A DNA stretch of 64,000 bases from assembly GCA_964291405.2 (NCBI GenBank), contig OZ219926.1, forward strand, positions 1,760,001 to 1,824,000. The letters run 5' to 3'. Every line of letters begins with the position of its first letter. Positions within the stretch are counted from its first letter, which is position 1. Under the pieces are notes generated by a model that saw only the letters and a list, made by a program, of their open reading frames with translations, searched no databases and was not told the DNA's origin. The translations under genes and the position numbers were made by a program. Below are positions 37,052 through 46,525 of this stretch, one piece after another. This stretch comes from Thermodesulfobacteriota bacterium. Lineage in GTDB: Bacteria > Desulfobacterota > Binatia > Bin18.

Positions 37052-37918
37052 ATGCTGAAGGCCGGTGATATCACCATTCACTTTTTGAACGACGGATTGT
37101 GGTGGGATGACGGCGGCGCGCAGTTCGGCATTGTCCCGCGTGAAATCTGGCAACGAGAGAAGCAACCCAACGAGCGCGGGCGCATTACCATGAGTCTGAC
37201 CTGCCCGCTGATTGTGACTCAGAGTGAGCTCATCGTCGTTGACACCGGCATCGGGAATCGGCTGAGTGCACGCGAGCAACAATTTTTTACGCCCCGGCGC
37301 GGAAGCGGTCTGACTGGCCAGCTTCGCGCTCTCGGTTACACAAGGGAGGACGTGACCCACGTCGTACTGAGCCATCTCCATTTTGATCATGTGGGCGGCG
37401 TCATTGATAAAGCGGACGACGGCACGATCACGCCGACTTTTCCCAACGCCCGTGTGGTTCTACAACGAGCGGAGTGGGAGTTGGCAATCCATCCGCCGGA
37501 CGAACGTCTTGCCGCGGCCTACCGACACGCCCCGGAATGCCTGGAGCCGCTTGCGAACATTGATCTCATCAACGGTGATACGACGCTGACCACTCACATT
37601 CGCACAACCGTCTCAGGCGGCCATACCAGCCCTCACCAGTGCGTCATTGTTGAAACGGGTGGAACCGGCCTGATTCACTTCGCCGATATTGTGCCGACGA
37701 CCGCGCACCTGCGTCTCGCCTGGAACGCCGCGTATGACACTGATCCGTTAGCAACGATTGCCGCGAAAAAACGGCTCTACGCCGAGGCCAGACAGAAAAA
37801 TTTATGGGTTTCGTTTTCTCACGACGACGTGGTCGCCGCCGGACGTTTTTCGGACGAAGCAGGAAGAACGCCGACGCTGGCGGAGACGATTCCCATCGCC
37901 CCTCCCAGCGGAGCATAG
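37052..37918 (+). CDS. MBL-fold metallo-hydrolase (YtnP-like)
   Basis: DGGAQFGIVP, SHLHFDHVGG, GHTSPHQ, AYD. Confidence 0.9.
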   Translation: MLKAGDITIHFLNDGLWWDDGGAQFGIVPREIWQREKQPNERGRITMSLTCPLIVTQSELIVVDTGIGNRLSAREQQFFTPRRGSGLTGQLRALGYTREDVTHVVLSHLHFDHVGGVIDKADDGTITPTFPNARVVLQRAEWELAIHPPDERLAAAYRHAPECLEPLANIDLINGDTTLTTHIRTTVSGGHTSPHQCVIVETGGTGLIHFADIVPTTAHLRLAWNAAYDTDPLATIAAKKRLYAEARQKNLWVSFSHDDVVAAGRFSDEAGRTPTLAETIPIAPPSGA

Positions 37919-37923
37919 ACCGC

Positions 37924-38835
37924 CTATTCAACCGAGAGCTCGACGCGACGATTTACGGCTCTGCCTTCCGGATTGTCCGAACCGTCATCTCTGGCGTTGG
38001 GAGCCAGGGGTTCGATCTCTCCTCGCCCCACGACTCGAAGACGGTCGGCGGCAATCCCACTCGTTACCAGATAGTCTCGGACCGCTTCCGCCCGAGCGCG
38101 GGAGAGTCTCAGGTTAAACGACTCGGAGCCAACCGCGTCAGCATAGCCCTCAATCAGGACGGACAGTGTCGGATTGTCGTTGAGAATACGAACCGTCTCA
38201 TTCAGTTCCGACAGGAATTCCGGTCGAATCGTTCGGTCGTTAAAAGCAAAGGGAATTCCCCGCAGAACGACATCTTTCGGGGTTGTTTCCTCCTTTGGGA
38301 TTGCTTCGGCCTGTAGAGCTGCTTCGTCCTTTTTTACAGAAGGCGGGGGAGGTAAGGGAGACCGGGCCGGCTGCGCGCTCGCCTCTTGATCGGACGCCTT
38401 CTGCTCATTTGCCGTCTCTGACACACTGACGTGCTCGCCGAGATCGTCCGCGTCGTCATAGAGCAGGATTCCTATCGCGCCAACAAGCAACACTACCCCA
38501 ACGAGGGCAGACACGCGCCAATACGCGAGAATGAAAGCGGGAGAGAAACCGGCGAACAGTCCAAGCAAGTACGGCACCAGGAAAGACCAGTCGGCGGCAA
38601 GGACAGCGAGAAGTCCACCGGTGACGACAGTTCCAAGGAGGGCGACCAGAAACTTCTGCGGAGCGCGAAAGGATGTGGAACGAACGGCTTTCAGACGACG
38701 ATTAGGGCGTTTATGAACTCCTTGGAGGGATCGAGCAGCCCTCGCCATCCAGTGGATATTCAGTTGCGGCCAGACTTGGCCGTGGATCATGCCCCACACG
38801 AACCCGCACAGAACAGCAGCAAGCCCAATAAGCAC
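37924..38835 (-). CDS. membrane protein with C-terminal OmpA-like domain
   Basis: IEGYADAVG...NLRLSRARA...GRAVNRRVE with N-terminal TM segments. Start uncertain. Confidence 0.75.
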   Translation of the reverse strand: MLIGLAAVLCGFVWGMIHGQVWPQLNIHWMARAARSLQGVHKRPNRRLKAVRSTSFRAPQKFLVALLGTVVTGGLLAVLAADWSFLVPYLLGLFAGFSPAFILAYWRVSALVGVVLLVGAIGILLYDDADDLGEHVSVSETANEQKASDQEASAQPARSPLPPPPSVKKDEAALQAEAIPKEETTPKDVVLRGIPFAFNDRTIRPEFLSELNETVRILNDNPTLSVLIEGYADAVGSESFNLRLSRARAEAVRDYLVTSGIAADRLRVVGRGEIEPLAPNARDDGSDNPEGRAVNRRVELSVE

Positions 38836-39026
38836 GCCAATACTATAGCGCCTCCATGCTTAAACGCTAGGGTGAGGCTCATACTACTCCCCTCTCGACA
38901 GGTCGTTGAGCCGTCGAGACGGGATACCGCTACTCAGACGAACTCCACTTGTTGAGACGCGTGCCAACGCGATAGGCTTGGACACTTCGCGCACCGAGCA
39001 AGTGTGCCCGTAGTGCAGCATATCGT

Positions 39027-40337
39027 ATGGATACGCCTTCCTTGACTCCCGCTTCAGACCGAAAACCGCGTGTCTTTTACGGATGGTGGTTAGTCGCACT
39101 CAGCGGCTTCATCATGATGCTGGCCCATGTCCCACTGTTTCACGCTATGGGTGTGTGGGCCGTTGCCCTGGAACGAGAGTTTGGCTGGAGTCGGACCCAA
39201 CTCGGCCTGGCCCTGACGTTTACCCGTATTGAGGGCGGCCTCATGGGCCCGGTCGAGGGGTATCTGACCGATCGTCTCGGCACACGCCGTATGGTCCTCA
39301 TGGGTCTCTTTTTTCTTGCCACCGGGTTCCTGTTGTTGAGTCAGGTTGAGGGTCTATGGATGTTTTACACCGCCTATGTCGTCATGGCTGTCGGACAGGG
39401 ATTTGGCGGCTGGCTGCCAATCATGACGATGCTGAACCACTGGTTTGTCCGACGCCGGGCAAGCGCAGTCGGCTGGGCCAATGTTGGCAGTCGCTTGGGG
39501 GCATTATTCCTTGTCCCGGCAATTGCCTGGGCCATTGATCCCGATTATGAGCGTCTCGGCTGGCGGACGACTGCCCTGTTGCTAGCGGTCTTCACCGTTG
39601 TTGTTGCGGTTCCGCTGACGCGGCTCATCCGTGACCGACCGCAGGACTCTGGCCTGCTGCCCGATGGCGGGCCGATATGGCAAAGAGACGAAGCACGTAG
39701 TCCAGCGACATCCCCGCATATCAGCCCTGCTCCCAGTCCCGACCTGACCGCGGCTCAGGCACTCAGAACACCTGCCTTTTGGCTCATCTCCTTTGGCCAC
39801 GGTTTTACCTCCATGGTGCTCTTGGCCATTATGGCCCACCTGGGACTGCTGATGGAGGATGCGGGCTTTTCGGTTCAGACAACGGCCTGGCTGGTGTCTG
39901 TGTACACCGCTGTTTCCATGGTTTTTCAGCTCGTGGGCGGCTATGTCGGCGATCGCATGCCCAAACGTATCGCCCTGTTTATCTTTTCTTCTCTCCAGGC
40001 GGCCGGCGTGGTCGTGCTGACGTTCTCGACTTCGACCCCTATGCTCGTCCTCTTCGCCGTCCTCTTTGGCATAGGATTCGGTGGGCGGAATCCGCTCACG
40101 GTTGCGATTCGGGGCGACTACTTTGGTCAAACCTCTTTTGGCAGGATTCTCGGGCTGTCTACTGTCCCGATGAATATCCTCATGCTTGTCGCGCCACCCT
40201 TTGCCGGTTGGATGCGTGATGTTCGGGGAGACTATATCCTGGCTTTTTGGGTCTTGGCGGCGTGCAGTTTCCTGGGTGGTCTCTGCTTTCTGTTTGCCAA
40301 GAATCCCAGACTGGCACCCTCACCACCCGCCCGATAA
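39027..40337 (+). CDS. MFS transporter
   Basis: FYGWWLV, FGWSRT, GYLTDRLGTRR, about 12 TM segments. Confidence 0.92.
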   Translation: MDTPSLTPASDRKPRVFYGWWLVALSGFIMMLAHVPLFHAMGVWAVALEREFGWSRTQLGLALTFTRIEGGLMGPVEGYLTDRLGTRRMVLMGLFFLATGFLLLSQVEGLWMFYTAYVVMAVGQGFGGWLPIMTMLNHWFVRRRASAVGWANVGSRLGALFLVPAIAWAIDPDYERLGWRTTALLLAVFTVVVAVPLTRLIRDRPQDSGLLPDGGPIWQRDEARSPATSPHISPAPSPDLTAAQALRTPAFWLISFGHGFTSMVLLAIMAHLGLLMEDAGFSVQTTAWLVSVYTAVSMVFQLVGGYVGDRMPKRIALFIFSSLQAAGVVVLTFSTSTPMLVLFAVLFGIGFGGRNPLTVAIRGDYFGQTSFGRILGLSTVPMNILMLVAPPFAGWMRDVRGDYILAFWVLAACSFLGGLCFLFAKNPRLAPSPPAR

Positions 40338-40340
40338 GAA

Positions 40341-40370
40341 TTGACAGGTCTATTCACGTCCTCCTAGAAT
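40341..40370 (+). promoter_or_regulatory. sigma-70 promoter
   Basis: TTGACA-N18-TAGAAT upstream of the ATG at 40432. Confidence 0.6.
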
Positions 40371-40431
40371 ACGAGTCCTGGGAGTCTCCCGTATAATCAG
40401 TTTCCGCGAAGACTCCGAGGAAGGACCCATT

Positions 40432-41076
40432 ATGAATACGCCCATCACCCTGCTCACGCTGTCTCACCAGTACGGCAGCGGGGGAAGCCTGATTGCTCGC
40501 GACCTTGGCCAACGCCTCAACTGGAAAGTCTGGGACAAGGAAATTGTCCGAACCATTGCGTCCCAACAACATGTCTCTGAGGATTATATTGAAACCAAAG
40601 ACGAACGCGTGGGTTCGTTTATCGAACGCGTCGTCGAATCCTTTGGCGTCGGCGGTTTTGAAAGCGCGTATAACATTCCGCCGCCGCTGCGTCTCAAAGA
40701 CAGCCAACTCGCGCGCCTGACCCGCAAGCTGATCGAAGAAGTCGCGCAGGAGGGTAGCGCTATTATTGTCGGACGCGGGGGGAACTGCATTCTGGCCAAC
40801 AGACCAAAGACCCTCCACGTCTTTGTTTTTGCCGCGCTCGATGCCCGTATTGAGCGCGTGATGAATGTGGAGGGCCTCACCACGGACGAGGCCAAGCGAC
40901 GCATCACCGGGATGGATAAACTGCGGACAGATTACGTCCACAAGTGCTACCAGGCGGACTGGCGCGACGCGGACGGGTATAATCTCCAACTCGACTCAAG
41001 CGTGTGGGGCGAGACGGGAACCGCAGATTTCATTCTCCAGGCGTTGGAACAGCATACCGAGCCTGTTCGGAGCTGA
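40432..41076 (+). CDS. cytidylate kinase-like family protein
   Basis: TLSHQYGSGG, IIVGRGG, DKLR..Y, YNLQLDS. Confidence 0.85.
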   Translation: MNTPITLLTLSHQYGSGGSLIARDLGQRLNWKVWDKEIVRTIASQQHVSEDYIETKDERVGSFIERVVESFGVGGFESAYNIPPPLRLKDSQLARLTRKLIEEVAQEGSAIIVGRGGNCILANRPKTLHVFVFAALDARIERVMNVEGLTTDEAKRRITGMDKLRTDYVHKCYQADWRDADGYNLQLDSSVWGETGTADFILQALEQHTEPVRS

Positions 41077-41091
41077 GCCAGGGGTAGCAGC

Positions 41092-41868
41092 ATGACACCC
41101 ACGACTCCGATCATTGCCAATATTCATTTTCCTTTTAGTTTGATGAATGCAGCCGGTGCATTATCGACCACGCGAGCAGAGTTGCTCGCCCAGGCCCATT
41201 CGGAAAGCGGTGCTGTTGTCACCAAGTCGATTACACCAACGTCGTTTCTTGACCCTGGAGCGCAATGTGGCCTGGAAAACCCCGGAACCGACTACTACGC
41301 TAAGGTCATTCCAGAACTGCGTCAGTGGAACAAGCCGGTGATTGCCAGTGTTGCCGGGCTTACCATCGAAGAGTTCGTTCAGGTTGCGCAGACACTGACG
41401 CAAGCCGGTGCGGACCTGATTGAGATGAATCTGAACGATCCGCATGTGCATATCCATGTGAATCCGTTTCAGTCTATCGAACGCTTGGACGAGGTCGTTT
41501 CAGCGCTCCGCAGACAGATTGCCGCCCCGCTTGCCATCAAGCTCCCGGCTACGGTTCCACTTACACTTTCGGATGTCGTACACACCTTGGTCCGGAACGA
41601 TATTCCCGTTGTCATGTGTCACAATACCAGCGCGAACAGCGGTCCGTCTCAGGCCCAGGCCGTTCTTGAGGCAGCGGAGGGAAAACTCGATGTGATCGGC
41701 GTGGGTGGTGTATCAACCGGCACGCAGGCGCTCGCTATTCTCCAACAGGGCGTGAAGGCCATTCAGGTCGGCTCGGCGGTCGTCAAGGAAGGCGTCGGGG
41801 TATTCGCGCGACTAAAACACGAACTGGGGGAGTTAATAGGGACGGATACCGCAAAGTTGGCATCCTAG
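41092..41868 (+). CDS. dihydroorotate dehydrogenase class-1-like FMN protein (atypical)
   Basis: MNAAG, VTKSIT, GLENPG, IKL, IGVGGV, IQVGSA. Active-site loop reads NLNDPH. Confidence 0.7.
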   Translation: MTPTTPIIANIHFPFSLMNAAGALSTTRAELLAQAHSESGAVVTKSITPTSFLDPGAQCGLENPGTDYYAKVIPELRQWNKPVIASVAGLTIEEFVQVAQTLTQAGADLIEMNLNDPHVHIHVNPFQSIERLDEVVSALRRQIAAPLAIKLPATVPLTLSDVVHTLVRNDIPVVMCHNTSANSGPSQAQAVLEAAEGKLDVIGVGGVSTGTQALAILQQGVKAIQVGSAVVKEGVGVFARLKHELGELIGTDTAKLAS

Positions 41869-42542
41869 AGCCGGTTGAGAAAATTCCGAGTTCGTGGGGT
41901 ATCCTCTTCATCCGGTGTTTTCTTTAACTGCTCTGCCAGTTTCCGCATATCCTCCACGGTATCCACGTCGTACCAGCGCGGGATCAGACGTACATTCAGG
42001 TTATGTAAGCGGGCCTGTCTCAAGGTCTGCTGCATGACCTTTTCCGTACTCCACTCGATATGCTCAAACAGTGCCGGCAGCCCTGCCCGTCCAGCCTGCG
42101 CACCGATGCAGTAATAGCCGCCGTCACGACTCGGTCCGAGGACGGCATCACAGCCCGGGCTCTTCAACAGGTGGAAGGCTGAGCGGAGATAGGCGAGCGG
42201 TACGGAGGGAATATCGCTCCCCATGATTGCTACTCGCGTCGCTTTTTTCTCGAACAGATCAACAAAGATATTCAGCTCACGCTCACCAAGATCAGTACCC
42301 CGCTGCGGCAGGTAGCGGACGGAGGCAGGCAGCAGCGCACGAAAGCGGGCCTCGCTATCAGCCGGGGTAAAGGCGACCCAGACCTGCACCTCTTCGAGCC
42401 GTGACACTCGCTCAACCGTATCGAGGAGAAAGCAACGCGCCAGTTCCGCAGCCTGGTCGGGCCGGAGCGGCGGGCAGAGGCGTGTCTTGACCTGTCCGGG
42501 CAGCGGCCATTTGGCAAAGATCACCAGCGCGTCGGCAGCCAT
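41865..42542 (-). CDS. TIGR04282/DUF2064 family glycosyltransferase-like protein
   Basis: FAKWPLPGQVKTRL, QRGTDLGER, GSDIP, LGPSRDGGYYCIG, YDVDTVED. Confidence 0.88.
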   Translation of the reverse strand: MAADALVIFAKWPLPGQVKTRLCPPLRPDQAAELARCFLLDTVERVSRLEEVQVWVAFTPADSEARFRALLPASVRYLPQRGTDLGERELNIFVDLFEKKATRVAIMGSDIPSVPLAYLRSAFHLLKSPGCDAVLGPSRDGGYYCIGAQAGRAGLPALFEHIEWSTEKVMQQTLRQARLHNLNVRLIPRWYDVDTVEDMRKLAEQLKKTPDEEDTPRTRNFLNRL

Positions 42543-42616
42543 GCTGGGGTGTGTAGCGTGGATCGTTGTATGGGGCAAACGGACGCCACATGAGGAAGCT
42601 GAGAGCAATCTCCAGG

Positions 42617-43213
42617 CTAGGTCCGCTCCAGGCCGGAGAGTAGGCGCTCCAGTGAGCCCACCATCTCCTGTCGGGCGGCGGCACTATCCTCGGCATGGGC
42701 AATATAGATCCCCGCCTCGAAGCACATCGCCCAGACCAGATGGATCAACGGGTCAAGCGGCAGCGGGTCGATCACCCCCTCGGCCATCAACGGCTCGAAC
42801 ATCTGCTGCAGAAGCAGGAGAGCAGGCTTGGATTCTCGGAGGACCTGCTGGTCCAGGATTGCTGGTCCATCCACAAAGAGAATGCGCTGCACGCGCGGGT
42901 CTACGGCCTCGTCAATAAAGGCCTGACATACCGTGAGCACGACTTGCTGCCGTGGAGTGGTCTCGGCGACCTGGATGCGCTCACTGATGGCATGGGCTAA
43001 GGCGATACGCTGCTCCAGATGGACCGCTGCAAAGAGCGCGGCCTTATCCCGAAAATGATGGTACAGCGTGCCTCTGCTCACCCCGACGCGGCGGACAATC
43101 TCTTCGGTCGAGGTTGCTTCATACCCCTGCGTGGCAAACAACTCTCGAGCCACATCGATCACGGCCCTGCGCCGCCTTTGAGCCGATTCTTCTCGTGAAA
43201 TTCTCGCTGACAA
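42617..43213 (-). CDS. TetR/AcrR transcriptional regulator
   Basis: LFATQGYEATS...GVSRGTLYHHFRDK. Confidence 0.92.
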   Translation of the reverse strand: MSARISREESAQRRRRAVIDVARELFATQGYEATSTEEIVRRVGVSRGTLYHHFRDKAALFAAVHLEQRIALAHAISERIQVAETTPRQQVVLTVCQAFIDEAVDPRVQRILFVDGPAILDQQVLRESKPALLLLQQMFEPLMAEGVIDPLPLDPLIHLVWAMCFEAGIYIAHAEDSAAARQEMVGSLERLLSGLERT

Positions 43214-43480
43214 AAACTACCCCCCTCCTTCCCGAAACGCGGCAACCTCGCCCTACTAACCAGGGGCGTCACATTCTTCGTGCCACCGTTTGTTGCGCGC
43301 TTATATACTCAATCCCGCCTCGCTTTGCGCCTGTAAAATTACGGGGATGAGCAAAAAATAGAAAAAATTTCCGATGCTGCCGGATTGTTAAAGAAGAGGG
43401 CTCCAAGGCGGGACGGATAGGTCTCCGTGGGGGTCAGACGGGTGACTGGGTAGTGGGCCTGCCTCAGAAGATGTGCACGG

Positions 43481-44617
43481 TCAGGCGAACTCAGCGAGCG
43501 ACAGCACCAGCCGCACAAGGTCCGCCTGCCGGAAGAGGCCCTGCTTGTGGTATATCTGCCGGAGGTGCCAATGGATGGAGCGTTCCTGCCGCCCCGTCTC
43601 CACAGCAATCTCGCGTACAGTCTTACCTTCCGTCAACCAGACTGCTATTTGGCTCTCCGCCGGGGTGAGACCCAGGGTCTCGGCCACCAGACTGGGATCG
43701 ATACGGGATTGTCGCCCCGGCTCGACAAGCAGCACGAGCGCGGCGACGCGTCGGGCTCCGAAGTCCATCTGCGGAGCGACCACGGGTTTGATGTGTACTA
43801 CGAACGGCGGCAACATGGTCGCCCGGCGGAGTAGCATCGACCCACTGACGGCGACGGCACTGGAGGTCGGTAGTGCAGCGGCCACTAGCCGCTCAAGACG
43901 GACGTGGTCGTCCGGTACGCGAGCGCGCAGCACCCCACCACGGTCCGACAGCGCGTCGCCGTGTAGCAGGATGGTACGGGCACAGTCGTTCACTGCCACG
44001 ATCTGGCCACGCCGGTCCAGGTGGATGACGCCGACCCTGGGGTTGTCAAGCAGGTCGGTCACGGATGTGCCTAGGGCCTCGGTTTTGGCCAGTGCCTGCT
44101 GGACGCGGACAAATTGCCGGATATGAGGTAGCAGCCCTTTGATCGTCATGATCTGTGAGAACCCCCAGCCACCCGGGGAGACGGGGTCAGCGATGGCCCA
44201 GGCGATGTAGGAGCCGTCCGGCCCGTCTAGCCGCACATGCAAGCTGTCCTGAGCGCTGGCCCGGTGCAGTAGTTCGTTGTAGGTAGGGGAGGTCTTTAAC
44301 TCCTCGGCCGTGTACAGATCGGTGGTGTGCGCCAAGTGGCTGTCGGGCAGTTGCCGAAAACGCGGCACGCATTCGTCTATGGGGTGGTAAACGTCGAGGT
44401 ATTCGCGTTCCAGGTCTTCGCAGCGCTGCCCCCCGTAGTAGAGCCCCGCGGAGATGACCCGAATGTCATCCTTCGGGCCCTCACCGATCCCCAAGGCATT
44501 ACCCTTCGTGCCGCAGGCCTCATCAATCAGGGCCGAGGTTTCCTGCCACTGAGCCGGGTCAAGCATGGCGTCGTACAACGACACCAGGATGCCCTCGAAG
44601 GCGTCTTGGTCGCTCAT
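43481..44617 (-). CDS. LuxR-type HTH regulator with PAS-like region, copy 1
   Basis: GLTPAESQIAVWLTEGKTVREIA...HLRQIYHKQG..RQADLV. An in-frame upstream ATG at 44713 is an alternative start. Confidence 0.9.
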   Translation of the reverse strand: MSDQDAFEGILVSLYDAMLDPAQWQETSALIDEACGTKGNALGIGEGPKDDIRVISAGLYYGGQRCEDLEREYLDVYHPIDECVPRFRQLPDSHLAHTTDLYTAEELKTSPTYNELLHRASAQDSLHVRLDGPDGSYIAWAIADPVSPGGWGFSQIMTIKGLLPHIRQFVRVQQALAKTEALGTSVTDLLDNPRVGVIHLDRRGQIVAVNDCARTILLHGDALSDRGGVLRARVPDDHVRLERLVAAALPTSSAVAVSGSMLLRRATMLPPFVVHIKPVVAPQMDFGARRVAALVLLVEPGRQSRIDPSLVAETLGLTPAESQIAVWLTEGKTVREIAVETGRQERSIHWHLRQIYHKQGLFRQADLVRLVLSLAEFA

Positions 44618-44947
44618 GACGCCACTTCCTGCAGCCATACTAGGATGAACGGTACAGAGGCACTCGCGGTACATGCGCCGCGCCATACTAAGCCGTGGGC
44701 TGAGCCCTGCCATCCGCTTCCTACCTGATTGTATGCCACCGACTCCCCTGATCTGACGCTCATAATACAGCGCATAGATAATACATCAGGGCTTTCATTT
44801 CCCCACTAATTTTACGGGGATGGGTTCACAAATCCGTAATGCACTACTGGTATGTGGATGGAGGCAAACCGTAAGGTGGGTAGATCAACGTGGGGAGGGA
44901 GGCGGACGGCCAGAGGGGCGGGGGCACCCCCGGAGACCCACGCACGG

Positions 44948-46087
44948 TCAGGCGAACTCGGCGATAGACAGCACCAGCCGCACCAAGTCCACCTGCCGGG
45001 AGATACCCTGCTTGTCGTAGATCTGCCGCAGGTGCCAATGGATAGAACTTTCTTTGCATCCCGTCGCCTCGGCAATGTCGCGTACGGTTTTACCTTCCGC
45101 CAACCAAGCGGCTACCTGGCTCTCCATCGGTGTCAGTCCCAGGGTCGTAGCCACCAGGCCGGGATCGATGCGGGACACGTGCCCCGGCTCGGTAATCAGC
45201 ACCAGGACGGCAACGGACCGAGCCCCACCAAAGTCCAACTGCGGGACGCCCACGGGTTTGACGTGCACCACGAACGGCTGCAACATGGCCGTCCGGTGGA
45301 GTAGCATAGACCCACTGACGGCGACGGCCTTAGAGGTCGGTAGTGCGTCGGCCACTAGCCGCGCGAGACGGGTACGGTCGGCCGGCAGGCGGGCTCGCAG
45401 CACCCCGCCCCGGTCCGACAACGCGTCGCCGTGCAGCAGGATGGCCCGGGCCCGGTCATTCGCCGCCACAATCCGTCCCCGCCGGTCCAGGTGGATGACC
45501 CCAATTCGAGGGTTGTCGAGGAGTTCGGTCACGGACGTATCTAGCGCTCCGGCGCCAGCCAGCGCCTGCCGGACGCGGACAAATTGTCGGATGTGGGGCA
45601 GCAGCCCTTTAAACAGCATGGTCTGTGTAAATTCCCAGCCATCTGGGGTAACGGGATCAGCGGTAGCCCAAGCGATGTGGGAGCCATCCGGCTCGACCAA
45701 GCGCACGTGCAGGCCATCCTGGCCGCGAGCCCGAGACATCATCTCGTTGTAGGTGGGGGAGGTCTTCAACTCCTGTTCGGTGTACAGGTCGGTAACGTGT
45801 ACGAGGTGGCTGTCGGGCAGTTGCCTGAAGCGTGGCACACGTTCGTCTATAGGGTGGTAAAGCTCAAGGTACTCGCGCTCCAGTTCTTCATGGCGCTGCC
45901 CCCGGTAGTAAAGCCCAACGCTGATGACCCGGATGTCGTCCTTCGGACCTTCGCCGACCGCCAGAGCATTGCCCTGCATGCCGCAGGCCTCATCGATCAG
46001 GACGGAGGTGGCCGGCCACAGGGCATCGTCGAGCATGGCAGCGTATAACGACGCCAGGATGCGCTCGAAGGCGTCTTGGTCGCTCAT
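44948..46087 (-). CDS. LuxR-type HTH regulator with PAS-like region, copy 2
   Basis: Collinear close paralogue of 43481..44617 (MSDQDAFE...LSIAEFA). Confidence 0.9.
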   Translation of the reverse strand: MSDQDAFERILASLYAAMLDDALWPATSVLIDEACGMQGNALAVGEGPKDDIRVISVGLYYRGQRHEELEREYLELYHPIDERVPRFRQLPDSHLVHVTDLYTEQELKTSPTYNEMMSRARGQDGLHVRLVEPDGSHIAWATADPVTPDGWEFTQTMLFKGLLPHIRQFVRVRQALAGAGALDTSVTELLDNPRIGVIHLDRRGRIVAANDRARAILLHGDALSDRGGVLRARLPADRTRLARLVADALPTSKAVAVSGSMLLHRTAMLQPFVVHVKPVGVPQLDFGGARSVAVLVLITEPGHVSRIDPGLVATTLGLTPMESQVAAWLAEGKTVRDIAEATGCKESSIHWHLRQIYDKQGISRQVDLVRLVLSIAEFA

Positions 46088-46525
46088 GACGCCGCTTCCT
46101 TTGGCAATATCAAGATGAGCAGCGCGAGGACGCTCACGGTATATGCGCCATACCGGACCGAGCCGCGGGCTGGACGCGGCGCACCCTCGAGCCCGTGCCC
46201 GGAACCTGCCCGCCATCCGCTTCCTACCTGGCTGTATGCCATCGGTTTCTCCTGACGCCTCGATCCCGAGGAGGCCGTAGAGAGAACACAAATCACTGGT
46301 ACCTCACTCATGATACAACGCAGAGAATGCAGGGTAAGTATAGAAAGTCGGATTTCTCATTTCTTCCGTAATTTTACGGGGATAGCCTCGAAAAACCGGA
46401 ATACACCGCCTGTACACAGATGAAGGCAACCAGACGGTGCGACAGGGTCAGATAGGGATAGGGCGTCCCTGCTCCGCGTGCTTTCGCTTGACACTCTCCG
46501 AGCCCCTCAGTATCGTTTCGTCCAC

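Larger units (their letters stand above)
43330..46383. repeat. three copies of an imperfect palindrome (CCGTAA-WW-TTACGGGGAT) at 43330-43348, 44801-44821 and 46365-46383
   Basis: CCTGTAAAATTACGGGGAT, CCCCACTAATTTTACGGGGAT, TCCGTAATTTTACGGGGAT. One copy in each intergenic gap around the two LuxR genes. Confidence 0.8.

Noticed and set aside
38790-38882. Short minus-strand ORF MSLTLAFKHGG...CAGSCGA* with a good RBS, ending in TGA near the OmpA gene start
   Set aside because: No recognisable Sec family motif. It may be a frameshifted OmpA N-terminus, which cannot be resolved without homologues.
40389-40404. CGTATAATC...AGTTTC resembling a purine riboswitch
   Set aside because: The P2 and P3 hairpins are missing and the segment is far too short.
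43330-46383. Three repeats as a CRISPR array
   Set aside because: Spacing is about 1.5 kb with whole genes between the copies, and there are no cas genes.
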